Shown here: piece by piece, positions 35,573-45,017 of the stretch
How positions within the stretch are numbered: the stretch's first letter is position 1
Layout of the letters: each line of letters begins with the position of its first letter
Source of the DNA: a plasmid
Sequence record: NZ_CP027239.1
Strand: one strand, 5' to 3'
DNA: 64,000 nucleotides
Notes under the pieces: model-generated
Told to the model about the DNA's origin: nothing
The model's input: only the letters and a program-made list of their open reading frames with translations
The model's database searches: none
Position numbers and translations under genes: made by a program

Positions 35573-37108
35573 TCAGGTAGTGGGAGAGACGGGGTCGCGG
35601 AGTTCTCGTTTGAGGAGTTTCCCGCTCTGGTTCCTGGGTAGGGCATTGACGAAGTGGATCGACTTGGGCACCTTGAACGGCGCCAGCAGGGTCTTCGCGT
35701 GCCCGGTGAGTTCGGTGTCGCTGACCTGCTGGTCGTCCCGGACCACGACGAAGGCGGTGACCGCTTCGATCCAGCGGTCATCGGGTATTCCAACGACCGC
35801 AACCTCGGCGACCGCGGGGTGCTCGTAGAGGGCCTCCTCGACCTCGCGGGGTGCAATCATCACGCCGCCGGAGTTGATGACGTCCGAGAGGCGATCGACG
35901 ACAGTGATGTACCCGTCGGCATCTTTGGTGACCAGGTCGCCGGAGTGGAACCATCCGTCGCGGAAAGCTCGCTCGGTGGCTTCAGGGTTGTTCCAGTAGC
36001 CCAAGCACAACTGCGGCGACTGGTAGAGCACCTCCCCGGGCTCCCCGGGTTGGACGTCGTTCCCGGAGTCGTCGACGACCCGAGTGGTGACGAACAGGAC
36101 CGATCGTCCGCACGATGCTGGCCGGGCGTCGTGTTCCTCAGGACGCAGCACGGAGGCCAGCGGGCCGATCTCGCTTTGGCCGAAGCAGTTGTAGAAGCCA
36201 GCGTTCGGCAGTGCCCGCCGCAGTTTCGCTAGCACTGGTGTGGGCATGATCGATGCGCCGTACTGCGCCTTTCGCAGTGCGCCGAGATCCCGGCGCGAAA
36301 GATCAGGGTGCTGGGAGAGCGGCACCCACACGGTCGGCGCCAGGAACAGGGAGGTGATCTGATCCTCTTCGATGCGACGGAGGATCAGCTCGATATCCGG
36401 CTTCCGGAGGAGTCGGATTGTCGTTCCGAGCATCAGGTACGGGACCGTGAAGATATGCATCCCGGCCGAGTGATACAACGGCATGCACACCAGCGGGCGA
36501 TCCTGCTCGGTGAAGTCCAGCGCAGTGATCGTGGAGATGTACTCGCTGATCAGCGCCTGGTGGGACATCATCGCCCCTTTTGGACGTGAGGTCGTTCCCG
36601 AGGTGTACAGCAGCTGGACCAGATCACCGGGGGAGGCGGGGCTCTGCCACTGCGGTGCTGAGCCGCGCTGAAGTTCCTCGGTGTCCAGTATCCCGTTTTC
36701 GCGATCTGAGAATTCCAACACCTGTAGGGCGCGATCGGCGATGACAGAGCGTACGAGCGGTGTGAGATCCGGATCGGCGACAATGGCTGCCGCACCGGAA
36801 TCGGTGATCAAGTACTCGAGTTCCCTGCCGGTCAGTGCGTTGTTGATAGGGACATGCACCACTCCCGCCCGCGAGCACGCCAGATACAGCATGACGTAGA
36901 ACGCGGAGTTGCCGCCGAACGCCGCGACTCGGTCGCCCCGGTTCAGACCGAGCCGATGCAGGCGTGAGGTGACAACATCAACGGCGCGGTCAAACTCCTG
37001 GTAGGTCCACACCTGACCCTCGAACTCGATCGCCTCGCCGTCCGGGCTTCGCGATGCAGTCCGGCGCAGCAACCCGTCGACCGTGTGCGAGCGTGGATCT
37101 GAATACAT
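35573..37108 (-). CDS. AMP-dependent synthetase/ligase (acyl-CoA synthetase-like).
   Basis: AMP-binding motif LLYTSGTTSRPKGAMMSH. GDLVTKDADGYITVVDRLSDVINSGG. C-terminal PRNQSGKLLKREL. Confidence 0.8.
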   Translation of the reverse strand: MYSDPRSHTVDGLLRRTASRSPDGEAIEFEGQVWTYQEFDRAVDVVTSRLHRLGLNRGDRVAAFGGNSAFYVMLYLACSRAGVVHVPINNALTGRELEYLITDSGAAAIVADPDLTPLVRSVIADRALQVLEFSDRENGILDTEELQRGSAPQWQSPASPGDLVQLLYTSGTTSRPKGAMMSHQALISEYISTITALDFTEQDRPLVCMPLYHSAGMHIFTVPYLMLGTTIRLLRKPDIELILRRIEEDQITSLFLAPTVWVPLSQHPDLSRRDLGALRKAQYGASIMPTPVLAKLRRALPNAGFYNCFGQSEIGPLASVLRPEEHDARPASCGRSVLFVTTRVVDDSGNDVQPGEPGEVLYQSPQLCLGYWNNPEATERAFRDGWFHSGDLVTKDADGYITVVDRLSDVINSGGVMIAPREVEEALYEHPAVAEVAVVGIPDDRWIEAVTAFVVVRDDQQVSDTELTGHAKTLLAPFKVPKSIHFVNALPRNQSGKLLKRELRDPVSPTT

Positions 37109-37267
37109 CTGGTTTCTCCTGCAAATTCGGCGAATCCGGCAGGGTACGGGTGGGCCGGAGCCGAGTCGCTCGCTCAGGGAACGACCAGCGTCAGCTCACC
37201 CGCACCCTGCAGGTCGGTCGAGTGGGGTGGAGCACAGCGGGCTGGTGGTAAGCCCGCAGGCTGGGAG

Positions 37268-38296
37268 TCAGTACGTACCGCGGTCCCGCGTCTCGAACAG
37301 TCGGCGGGGATTCGCGACCGTAATCTGGTGGATCTGGTCATCGGTCACCCCGGCCTCCTGCAGCTGGGGAATGATGCGGCGCAGCACGGTTGTGTACGTC
37401 GGGTGCTGCCGCTCCGGCATGGGGCCCAGATCATGGAACGTGGAGTCATCCTGCGAAATGAGGATCTGTTCGAGATAGCCACGATCGATCAGTCCAGTAA
37501 TGCGCTCGACGCGCGTCTTCTGGATCGCATTGCGGTAGTCCTCGGGCCATTGGTAATCGAGCGCGGAAGTGTCGAACGACAGGAACGAGCCCTTCTTCGC
37601 GACGGCCTCGAACTCCTCGAGTTCAACCGACGGATCCGTCCAGTCGACGTGACCGAATTTCACACGACTGACATCGACGTCGAGCTGTTCGAGGTAGTCC
37701 TGCTGGTCCTGGGCCACGCGGATTCCCAGCCCGATACCAGTGTGGGTCACGATGGGCACGCCAGTGCGACGGTGGGCTTCTGCAGCATGGCGCATCACCA
37801 ACTTCACACCGTCCATCAAGCCATGGTGATCACTGGTGATCTTGATGGTGCCTGCCCGCACACCAGTGTCGAGAATCCCTTCCTCGATGTCTTTCACGAA
37901 CAAGTCAGCCAGGGACGGCCATGTCGTTGCTGCTGTCTCGGGCAGCATGTCCATGAGCATGAATGGATGCGGGGCATCGGTCCACGTGTACCACCCGGTA
38001 GGCACGATGATATTGACGCTGGTCCTCTGCGCGATCTCCTTGAGCAATCGAACATCACGCCCGGCGCCGGGGATCACGCGGTCACTGATCGTGTCGATGC
38101 CAGCAGATTTGGCGTGCTCGAGCTGCTTCGCGGCTTCGGAGATGCGCTCCTCCCGTGCAATGGAAGCGAAGCCCATCTGCGGCCAATTGGCCTCGACCTC
38201 AGCCGTTCGAGGCCCAATCACACACTCAGTGACGAGCGTGAAACCTAGGTCACTGGAGTCGATCTCGTCACCGCGAGCAGTAGGGATCTTGGTCAT
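37268..38296 (-). CDS. Phosphotriesterase-like (amidohydrolase superfamily) protein lacking the canonical HxH metal ligands.
   Basis: AAGGAG SD. Aligns to the PTE/PLL fold (GFTLxxExx, carbamylated-Lys KIT, VTHTG, FGHVD, ISQDD). The first two His ligands are replaced (GFTLVTECV instead of GFTLxHEH). Confidence 0.7.
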   Translation of the reverse strand: MTKIPTARGDEIDSSDLGFTLVTECVIGPRTAEVEANWPQMGFASIAREERISEAAKQLEHAKSAGIDTISDRVIPGAGRDVRLLKEIAQRTSVNIIVPTGWYTWTDAPHPFMLMDMLPETAATTWPSLADLFVKDIEEGILDTGVRAGTIKITSDHHGLMDGVKLVMRHAAEAHRRTGVPIVTHTGIGLGIRVAQDQQDYLEQLDVDVSRVKFGHVDWTDPSVELEEFEAVAKKGSFLSFDTSALDYQWPEDYRNAIQKTRVERITGLIDRGYLEQILISQDDSTFHDLGPMPERQHPTYTTVLRRIIPQLQEAGVTDDQIHQITVANPRRLFETRDRGTY

Positions 38297-38699
38297 GAAA
38301 TACTCCTTGTCGTTCCCAGCGAACACCGCGGGATCTAGACGATTGGCCCGGCGACAAACGACGATCACGATCTGAATCGGACCTGCTCAGTAGCCGTACA
38401 AAGACCATAGGAGCCGGAGTGATAGGCATCACAGCCGATAAGCGCACGCAAACGGCCAGTTTCCGTAGCGCCGATCGGCGCCCGACCATTCGGGTTAGCC
38501 CTGCCGTGTTCTGCCGCATCCAGCCGAATGGTGTCTCGGCGCAGCGGAAGCCTTCGCGCACGACATGACCCAGCTCGCGGAAGATACGTGTGACGCGGTG
38601 TCCGGCCATGCCGGCGGCCGCGTGTGGATCGTCAAGCGTATCGATGATGATCGGCGAGCAGTTCAGGCCGCCGTGGGACCGGCGGCAATTGCCGGCCGC

Positions 38700-39000
38700 T
38701 CACGGTTGGTAACGGGCGAGGTGGTCGTGGCGGGCGAGCCAGCGCTCTAGCGGGATGGACACCAGCGGCGGGATCGCCGCGAGGACGGCCTGGAGAGCGA
38801 TCCAACACTTCCAGCGCAGAACGACCGCGGCGACGATCGTCACGGCGAGGAAGGCGACGCCATGAAGCGTCCCGAAGATCTTCACGCCGACCTCGGTCGT
38901 CCTAGTGACATATTTGAGGAAACATGCCGACGAGCAACCCGGTCCAGGTGGCGGCTTCGACAAGGGCGACCGTCGCAAAGACGCGGCCACTCTGCGTCAC
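38700..39000 (-). pseudogene. DUF3817-family small membrane protein gene carrying a frameshift near 38920.
   Basis: The N-terminus (VTQSGRVFATVALVEAATWTGLLVGMF) reads from a GTG in one frame. The rest (LKYVTRTTEVGVKIFGTLHGVAFLAVTIV...) reads in track ORF 38700..38990. The join is at a T-run (atgtttcctc). Confidence 0.4.
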
Positions 39001-39006
39001 CCCTCA

Positions 39007-39109
39007 TTGTCACCGGCTGTCAGTGGCTAGGATTCTGCCAATCTCGTGACAATTGACGCCTGACAGGCAGGTGACAAAGTACTGGTGGACTGGAAGCCCA
39101 CTGACAAGC
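39007..39109. repeat. Cluster of six (G/C)TGACA(A/G) motifs (4 direct, 2 inverted) about 200-300 bp upstream of the integrase gene. Candidate arm-type or operator sites.
   Basis: ttgtcacc, ctgtcagtgg, cgtgacaattgac, cctgacagg, ggtgacaaag and cactgacaag, read directly. Confidence 0.3.
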
Positions 39110-39303
39110 TGCTTGAGAACCGACACACCGTATACCCCCCGGGGGTATGCGGTTCGGGTCCGTGAGCACTACGCGCCGCCGCGGTTGCCGCTCCGCGTTG
39201 CCGGCTTCCACGCCGCCGTCGCCTGAGCCCCGACGCCCGGGCCACTCGGCGGGTCCACCGGTTACGGTTATCTGAGAATCCGTAGGTCGCCTCGAGGAGC
39301 CGC

Positions 39304-40362
39304 ATGTCACGCACGCCGGATACCGACGTGGACTCGACTCGCGTCGACGATGCACCGCTTCCGCTTGATTCGGCGTTCGACGAATACATGGCCTACAAGT
39401 CGGACGTCTCAGAGGCCACCGCGAAGGCCTACCGCAACGACTACGTGAATCTGCGCGGACTCATCGCCCGCAATCTCGGTATTGAACCTGGCGATCTGAC
39501 CGTCGAGCACCTCCGCGACAAGACGGTGCTGTGGGCGGCGTTCGGCTCCCAGTTCAAGGACCGGCCCGCGTCCTCACGCCAGCGAGCCTGGTCGACGTGG
39601 AATGGATTGTGCGAGTTCATGGTCAACCAGGATTACCTGCCGGCCAACCCGATGCGGGCCGTGCGTAAGCGCAGCTCTGGCGCCCCTCCCCCTCCTCCGA
39701 AGTCGATCGAGGGCCCGGATGTCTTCCGCTTGCTCACGCAGCTGGCGATGCCCAACGAGGACGACCCCCACACTTGGCGCGAACGCGACCTCGCGCTCGT
39801 CCTGTCCGGCCTGCTGATGGGCCTACGTACGGGCGACATGATCAGCCTGAACATCGGAGATTTCACTCCCCGCCACGACGAGCCCGGCGCCATGACGGTC
39901 CAACTGCTCGGTAAGGGGTCCAAGTACCGGCACGTCACGGCCGAACCGGAGCTGACTCGAATCCTGGAGAAGTACCTCATCAGCAGGGCCAAGAGGCTCC
40001 CCGACACGGTCCCGGACGGGAGGCGCAAGAAGCGCAACCCGTGGCGACGGTTCGACCCGGAACAGCCCCTGTTCGTCGGCTCAGACGGACAGCGCATCAC
40101 CCGCGGCACGATCCAATACCGCGTCAAGCGGGCCTACGCCCGCGCCGGCATCACGCCCACGCCTGGGGCCAACACCCACCGCCTGCGCCACACCTTCGCC
40201 ATCCAGCTCGCGGAAAGTGGTGTCCCGGTGCACGCGCTGATGGCGCTGCTCGGGCACAGCTCCATGGCCAGCACCCAGAAGTACCTGGAAGCGTCCGGGG
40301 TGGCCACCCGTGAGGCCGCCCGATCCAACCCGATTTACGCGGCAATCCCGCCCGACAGCTAG
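39304..40362 (+). CDS. Tyrosine-type site-specific recombinase/integrase.
   Basis: 352 aa. GAGGAG SD. Catalytic R...HxxR...Y signature (HRLRHTFAIQLAESGVPVHALMALLGHSSMASTQKYLE). N-terminal SAM-like core-binding domain. Confidence 0.85.
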   Translation: MSRTPDTDVDSTRVDDAPLPLDSAFDEYMAYKSDVSEATAKAYRNDYVNLRGLIARNLGIEPGDLTVEHLRDKTVLWAAFGSQFKDRPASSRQRAWSTWNGLCEFMVNQDYLPANPMRAVRKRSSGAPPPPPKSIEGPDVFRLLTQLAMPNEDDPHTWRERDLALVLSGLLMGLRTGDMISLNIGDFTPRHDEPGAMTVQLLGKGSKYRHVTAEPELTRILEKYLISRAKRLPDTVPDGRRKKRNPWRRFDPEQPLFVGSDGQRITRGTIQYRVKRAYARAGITPTPGANTHRLRHTFAIQLAESGVPVHALMALLGHSSMASTQKYLEASGVATREAARSNPIYAAIPPDS

Positions 40363-40494
40363 GCACTTTTCGCAGGTCAAACGGGTTCCCCCACTTGTCG
40401 TAGGTGCGCGTTAGGGTCGTCGCACACGGAACCCACCCCACCTATTCCGTCTTGCCCGACGTCCGCTTCGGCGGGCCCGTAAAGCGAGGCCATC

Positions 40495-40914
40495 ATGCGA
40501 ACCCACCCCACCTCTGTCGTCACCACCATCCCCACCGACCAGGCCACCGCAGCCGCCGTATCGCCCCTGTGGTTGATCCTGGCCGGCATCGGAATCGTCC
40601 TCACACTCATCCTCGGCGTCGCCCTGGCGGTGCTCAGCTCTCCAGCTCACCGCACCATTCCCACCCTGGAGCGAGCAGTGCGGCTCCGCGACGTATTCGT
40701 CGCTCCGGCCGCGGCCGTGTGCTGCGCCCTCCTCGGGGCCGCGGTGCTGGGCACGTCGCACGAACTGGCCGCCAAGCGCGACAACGCCCACACCGATGCC
40801 ATCGACAAGACCCAGTCCGCACTCGCTGAGCGGTTCGCCACCGCGTGGGCCTGCCAGGCGGTCGATGACTCCGCACCCTCGGCGACCACCGTGGCGTGCA
40901 CGCCCATCCCGTGA
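40495..40914 (+). CDS. Hypothetical membrane protein.
   Basis: 139 aa. AGCGAGG SD. Two TM helices. Confidence 0.45.
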   Translation: MRTHPTSVVTTIPTDQATAAAVSPLWLILAGIGIVLTLILGVALAVLSSPAHRTIPTLERAVRLRDVFVAPAAAVCCALLGAAVLGTSHELAAKRDNAHTDAIDKTQSALAERFATAWACQAVDDSAPSATTVACTPIP

Positions 40915-40978
40915 GCGGCGGCGGCACGGCCCGCACTTAGGGTGAGGCCCAACCAACGGACCTGACCAGGAGCACATC

Positions 40979-41359
40979 GTGGACACCGCCGCCGATTACA
41001 CCGACGAGAGCATCGCAGCGTTCCTCACCGCCGTCGCCGACATGCTCGACACCTGCGCAGACAGGGGAACCCAGGGCCGCTGGCAGGTCTCCCAGTCCCC
41101 GCGCACTTTCATCACCAACGAGTCTGGCGGCGTGATCTGCGGGGCGGTCCAGAAGTCCAATGCGCGACTGATCCTGGCCGCCAGCCCTGCCGGTCCGCGC
41201 GCTACCGCCGCACTCTTGCGGGCCGTGGCCGAGCAGCCGGTCACCGACCAGTCTCGACCCGCTCGTGATGCCGCACTCACCCTGGCCATGCACCTGAACA
41301 CGCAGATGATGCTCAAGGCCGACTCTCGCCTCCAAGCGGCGCAGGGCGCCGCCAGCTGA
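40979..41359 (+). CDS. Hypothetical protein (GTG start).
   Basis: 126 aa. GGAG SD. Its stop overlaps the start of the helicase gene (TGATG). Confidence 0.45.
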   Translation: MDTAADYTDESIAAFLTAVADMLDTCADRGTQGRWQVSQSPRTFITNESGGVICGAVQKSNARLILAASPAGPRATAALLRAVAEQPVTDQSRPARDAALTLAMHLNTQMMLKADSRLQAAQGAAS

Positions 41360-43098
41360 TGGCCACCCGGATACGCCGCTCGACTCGGCGCAGCGCCCCG
41401 GCGAAGAAGAAGTCGACCACGACGAAGCCTGCGCTGCCGACGATCCCGCCCGGTCAGCGCGTGTGGCTGCTGGAGCTGCCCTGGGGGGGACTGGACGGCG
41501 GGAAACCGGCTGGGGTCACCTACTACAAAGCGCTGACCGCGCATGCTTACGTGGGCGTGTCGCTGCCGGAGAGGCTGGCTCCCTACGCCAGCAAGCCGTA
41601 CTCGTATCTGCGGTGGATGGAGGACGAGCTCAACGGCGCGAAGGGCCCTGGGGCGACTTCGTCCCCGATGCAGTTGCGGCCCGAGCAGAGAGACGACGTT
41701 CGAGCGATCGCCGACGTCGCGGCGCGCGGGCTGCGTCAATGCCATCTTGGCAACCAGGTCGGCACGGGTAAGACGCTCGTCGCGGTGGCGGCCATGAAGG
41801 TGATCGCTCATATGCGGGGAGCCAAGACGGTGCTCGTGACTGTGGATCGGCCCGCGCGGATCACGATCCCGTCATGGCGGCGCACCATCGCGGCCCTGGG
41901 CGACGACGACCTGCGGTGGGTGATCATGTCCTCCGACAGTCTCGGCAAGCTCATCGGCCGCAATGGCAGACCAAAAGTGGCTTTTGACCTGGCCGTTATC
42001 GACGAGGCTCACCAGTTTCGTCACGACTCCAAGCGCACCGGCTACATGCGTCGCTTGACCCGGATGGATGCACCACCGGAGAAGGCGCCCTTCGTTCTGA
42101 CAATCACCGCCACGCCGGGACATCACCCTGGTGAGCTCGGATTTCTATCGTCGTTATATGCGCAGGTTCACGGGGATCCGCCGGCGGAATGGGCCGAGTT
42201 CGGCAAGAAGCTCGCCTCCCTCGGAGTGCCCCTGGAGCTCTCCTACGGCAGGTGGACTTGGGCACCGGAGGCGAAGCGATCCCTGCAGGTCCAGCAGGAC
42301 GCGATCAGCTCGGTGCGCGACACCCTGACGCGGCACGATCCGCCGCTCATGCTCACCAGGGCGGCCCCCTGGGGGCCGGCGCCGTTCGATGTGGACTTGA
42401 TCGACCTCACGCCTGACCAGTGGCGTGCCTACGAGCTCGAGTGGGGAGACTTCCAGCGAGAGATGAAGCTGGCCCGTTCAGGCAACAACGTGGCCCGCGG
42501 GCTGGCAGCGATCGTGAGATTGCGGCAGAAGGCGTCGATGATCCGGGTAGAGCACACGGTCGATGCCGTGCGTGCCGAACTGGAGCGTGGCTTCCAGGTG
42601 CTCGTGGCTACCGAAATGGTCTCCACCGCCGCGCACCCGGTCGCCGAGATGCTTGAGGAGCACGGCGTCTCCGTGGCCCGCATCTATGGCTCCAACCCGG
42701 AGGCCGAGGCGGAGCGGATGCGGTTTCAGCGGGGTGAGGCCAAGGTGGTTGTGTTCAACACTCCGACGGCGATCAATCTGCAGGCGAGCGAGCAGTTCGA
42801 GGACGGCACACGCGCGACGTCCACACCGCGGCGAGGGTTCATGCACCAGGCGTCGTACAGCGGACTGCGTGCAGAGCAAATAATGGGCCGCAGTCACCGC
42901 AATTTTCAGGTGTGCGAATGGTCACTCGTCGCGGGGGTCGGCACGATCGAAGAAAAGGCCGGATTGATCATGCTCTCGCGGCTAATTGCGTCCACTACCA
43001 GCACAGATGGAGACGTGTCAGCATTGTCTCAGGTTGCCGCCGTCTTCGGAGCAGACTGGATTCCCGCTGCTCAGCTCGCTCCCGAACTCGAGCAGTGA
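41359..43098 (+). CDS. Superfamily-2 (DEAH/SNF2-like) helicase.
   Basis: Walker A GNQVGTGKT. DEAH box VIDEAHQF. C-terminal helicase domain with a QxxGR-like MGRSHR motif. Basic Lys-rich N-terminus. Confidence 0.65.
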   Translation: MATRIRRSTRRSAPAKKKSTTTKPALPTIPPGQRVWLLELPWGGLDGGKPAGVTYYKALTAHAYVGVSLPERLAPYASKPYSYLRWMEDELNGAKGPGATSSPMQLRPEQRDDVRAIADVAARGLRQCHLGNQVGTGKTLVAVAAMKVIAHMRGAKTVLVTVDRPARITIPSWRRTIAALGDDDLRWVIMSSDSLGKLIGRNGRPKVAFDLAVIDEAHQFRHDSKRTGYMRRLTRMDAPPEKAPFVLTITATPGHHPGELGFLSSLYAQVHGDPPAEWAEFGKKLASLGVPLELSYGRWTWAPEAKRSLQVQQDAISSVRDTLTRHDPPLMLTRAAPWGPAPFDVDLIDLTPDQWRAYELEWGDFQREMKLARSGNNVARGLAAIVRLRQKASMIRVEHTVDAVRAELERGFQVLVATEMVSTAAHPVAEMLEEHGVSVARIYGSNPEAEAERMRFQRGEAKVVVFNTPTAINLQASEQFEDGTRATSTPRRGFMHQASYSGLRAEQIMGRSHRNFQVCEWSLVAGVGTIEEKAGLIMLSRLIASTTSTDGDVSALSQVAAVFGADWIPAAQLAPELEQ

Positions 43099-43277
43099 GC
43101 AAATCTCGCACTGCCAGTCCGTGCAAAATCAGTGTGGAGGGCATATAGTCATCTGTGTCGCCCATGGTGACGTTCGGCTCAGCCGAACCCTGCAATCGTG
43201 GCGGTTCGCACTCCTACCGTCACGTCTGCCTGACTGTTGCTGCGAGGCAACCCCGGCAGTTTGTTTCCGATAAGTGG

Positions 43278-43302
43278 AGAGGCCCGAGCAACGCTCGGGC
43301 CT
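43278..43302 (+). terminator. Perfect 11-bp stem hairpin in the helicase-downstream intergenic region.
   Basis: gaggcccgagc aacg ctcgggcctc. Confidence 0.35.
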
Positions 43303-43335
43303 CACGCATATTTGCGGCAAAATGCCGGCACGGGC

Positions 43336-44469
43336 ATGCCCGACAATGAGGCCGCCACCCTCCTTGTCGGCGAGAGGATCCCCACACGTATGTGCCGCGC
43401 CCAACCCGGCCCGCGCTGCCCCAAGCACACGCGCACAAAGCTCACCGCCCTGGTCGCCACGCGTCGCCGTATAGAAGCGAGGCTCGCCGCCGCCTCCCCC
43501 AACACCCGCGCCTACGAGCGCGCAGTGAAAGACCGGGAAGCCAACGACGACCAACTGCTCCTGGCCCACAACGAGCTCAACAGCTCCCCCACCCGGCAGA
43601 AGGAGCTCGAGGCCGAGATCGACGCCGTCGCCGCCGCGGACCCCAACGACCCCGCCCTGCGCCACCTATCCCGCGATCTGGCCACCGGCCGACTCCTTCA
43701 CGCCGAGCGACTGCGGCAGCAGAAGCTCATGCCAGAAGTTGACCTCACCTCCTGCTCGCCAGCCTCCCGAGAGGCGTGGCTTGAACTCGGCGAGGCCCGC
43801 GCGGACATGGCTCGCTACAAGGTGCGGATGGACGTCAACGGCTCACAGCCCGACGTGTGGGCCACCTGGCGTGACCGCCACGCCGACGCCGCCCGCCGCG
43901 CAGAACTCGCCGCGGCCCGCTTCCAAGCGGCCGAGAGCAACGGCCCGAACGCCTGGGCGGCCATGACCGACGCCGAGCGCAGCAAAGCACGTGCCGCCGT
44001 CAACGCGACAGCGGACTTCACGACCCCCACCGCCCCGCAACCCCTCGAGGACGTGTTCAACGACTACATCGACGCCCAGAACGGCGAACGCCCTCACCTC
44101 TCCCCCGAGCTGGCCAACCAGGACGATGCGAACGCCCCGGCTCCAGAAGTCGATTCCCCCTCCTGGGCCGAGGCGCGAGCCAGGCAAGCCGCGGCGGAAG
44201 AAGGCAATCCCGAGCCGAAGCCGTTCTCCAACAAGCAGCAGACCCCGCCGGGGTACGCCAGCCGACGAGCCAACCGACGGCGGCGCTCCGGCGCAGCCAG
44301 GCAGCGCTTGCGCGAGCTACGCCGCTCGGCAGAGAAGGCCGGGGACGACCAGCAGTTCCAGTCGTTGATCAGGCCGGCGCCCGGTCAGGACGGGGACCCA
44401 TCCAAGGCAGCGATCTCGGACCCGACCGGCATGATGATGCTGCTGTCGCTCTTTACCGAACGCCGGTAG
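43336..44469 (+). CDS. Hypothetical protein, basic and coiled-coil-rich, with a possible N-terminal Cys/His cluster (start uncertain; the track ORF begins at 43237).
   Basis: An ATG downstream of the hairpin gives MPDNEAATLLVGERIPTRMCRAQPGPRCPKH. Arg-rich C-terminus. Confidence 0.45.
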   Translation: MPDNEAATLLVGERIPTRMCRAQPGPRCPKHTRTKLTALVATRRRIEARLAAASPNTRAYERAVKDREANDDQLLLAHNELNSSPTRQKELEAEIDAVAAADPNDPALRHLSRDLATGRLLHAERLRQQKLMPEVDLTSCSPASREAWLELGEARADMARYKVRMDVNGSQPDVWATWRDRHADAARRAELAAARFQAAESNGPNAWAAMTDAERSKARAAVNATADFTTPTAPQPLEDVFNDYIDAQNGERPHLSPELANQDDANAPAPEVDSPSWAEARARQAAAEEGNPEPKPFSNKQQTPPGYASRRANRRRRSGAARQRLRELRRSAEKAGDDQQFQSLIRPAPGQDGDPSKAAISDPTGMMMLLSLFTERR

Positions 44470-44500
44470 TTCTGCAGCATCAACACTGGTAGAGGGGTTT

Positions 44501-44523
44501 CGGGTAAGGGTTATCCTTACCCG
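44501..44523 (+). terminator. 9-bp stem hairpin (cgggtaagg gttat ccttacccg) downstream of 43336..44469.
   Basis: Read directly. Followed by the RBS of the next gene. Confidence 0.3.
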
Positions 44524-44586
44524 GTTCACAGCGGCATACACAGGGCGCATACTGGTGCAGCAAGTGCAGATCAGAAAGGACGCGCC

Positions 44587-44946
44587 ATGTTCAGCTCACT
44601 CCTCACCATCGTCGCGATGGTGATCGCCGGTGTCATCACGATGGGGGCGCTCGGCCTCGTCGGACGGAAGAACACCGCGGTCTCCCTCCTCGGGGTGGCG
44701 ATCACGGCAGCGGCCTCGTACCTCCTAGTGCTGGCCCACCCCGCCGGCGCCGGCGAGCTCAGCACCCTGTGGCCGCTCCTAATTGGCCTCGGTGTCGCCG
44801 TGATCGCCAACGCCGCCGCTGCCTCCGACATACCCAAGCTGCCGACGCCGGTCGACTCCCGGCCCGGTGGCCGTGTGATCAACGCGGCGACGACCAGCCC
44901 GCAGGCAGTCGCCGCCCAGCCGGCGCCTCACTGGGCTCTCGGCTGA
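44587..44946 (+). CDS. Hypothetical small membrane protein.
   Basis: GAAAGGA SD. Three TM helices. Confidence 0.5.
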   Translation: MFSSLLTIVAMVIAGVITMGALGLVGRKNTAVSLLGVAITAAASYLLVLAHPAGAGELSTLWPLLIGLGVAVIANAAAASDIPKLPTPVDSRPGGRVINAATTSPQAVAAQPAPHWALG

Positions 44947-45017
44947 CACCGAACTGATCTGCGCACAACGAAGGCCCCGCACCAGACTGGTGCGGGGCCT
45001 TCGACCATTCTCTGCCC

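Noticed and set aside
38268-38609. 113-aa minus-strand ORF overlapping the start region of the PTE-like gene.
   Set aside because: It overlaps the better-supported PTE start (AAGGAG SD). The translation is Arg-rich with no motif, so it is treated as a shadow ORF.
39140-39175. tRNA-like T-arm (gcggttcgggtccg) upstream of the integrase, as a possible attachment-site tRNA.
   Set aside because: It cannot be folded into a cloverleaf. It has no acceptor, D or anticodon stems, and the T-loop consensus GGTTCGAATCC is not met. No tRNA was recognised anywhere in the window.
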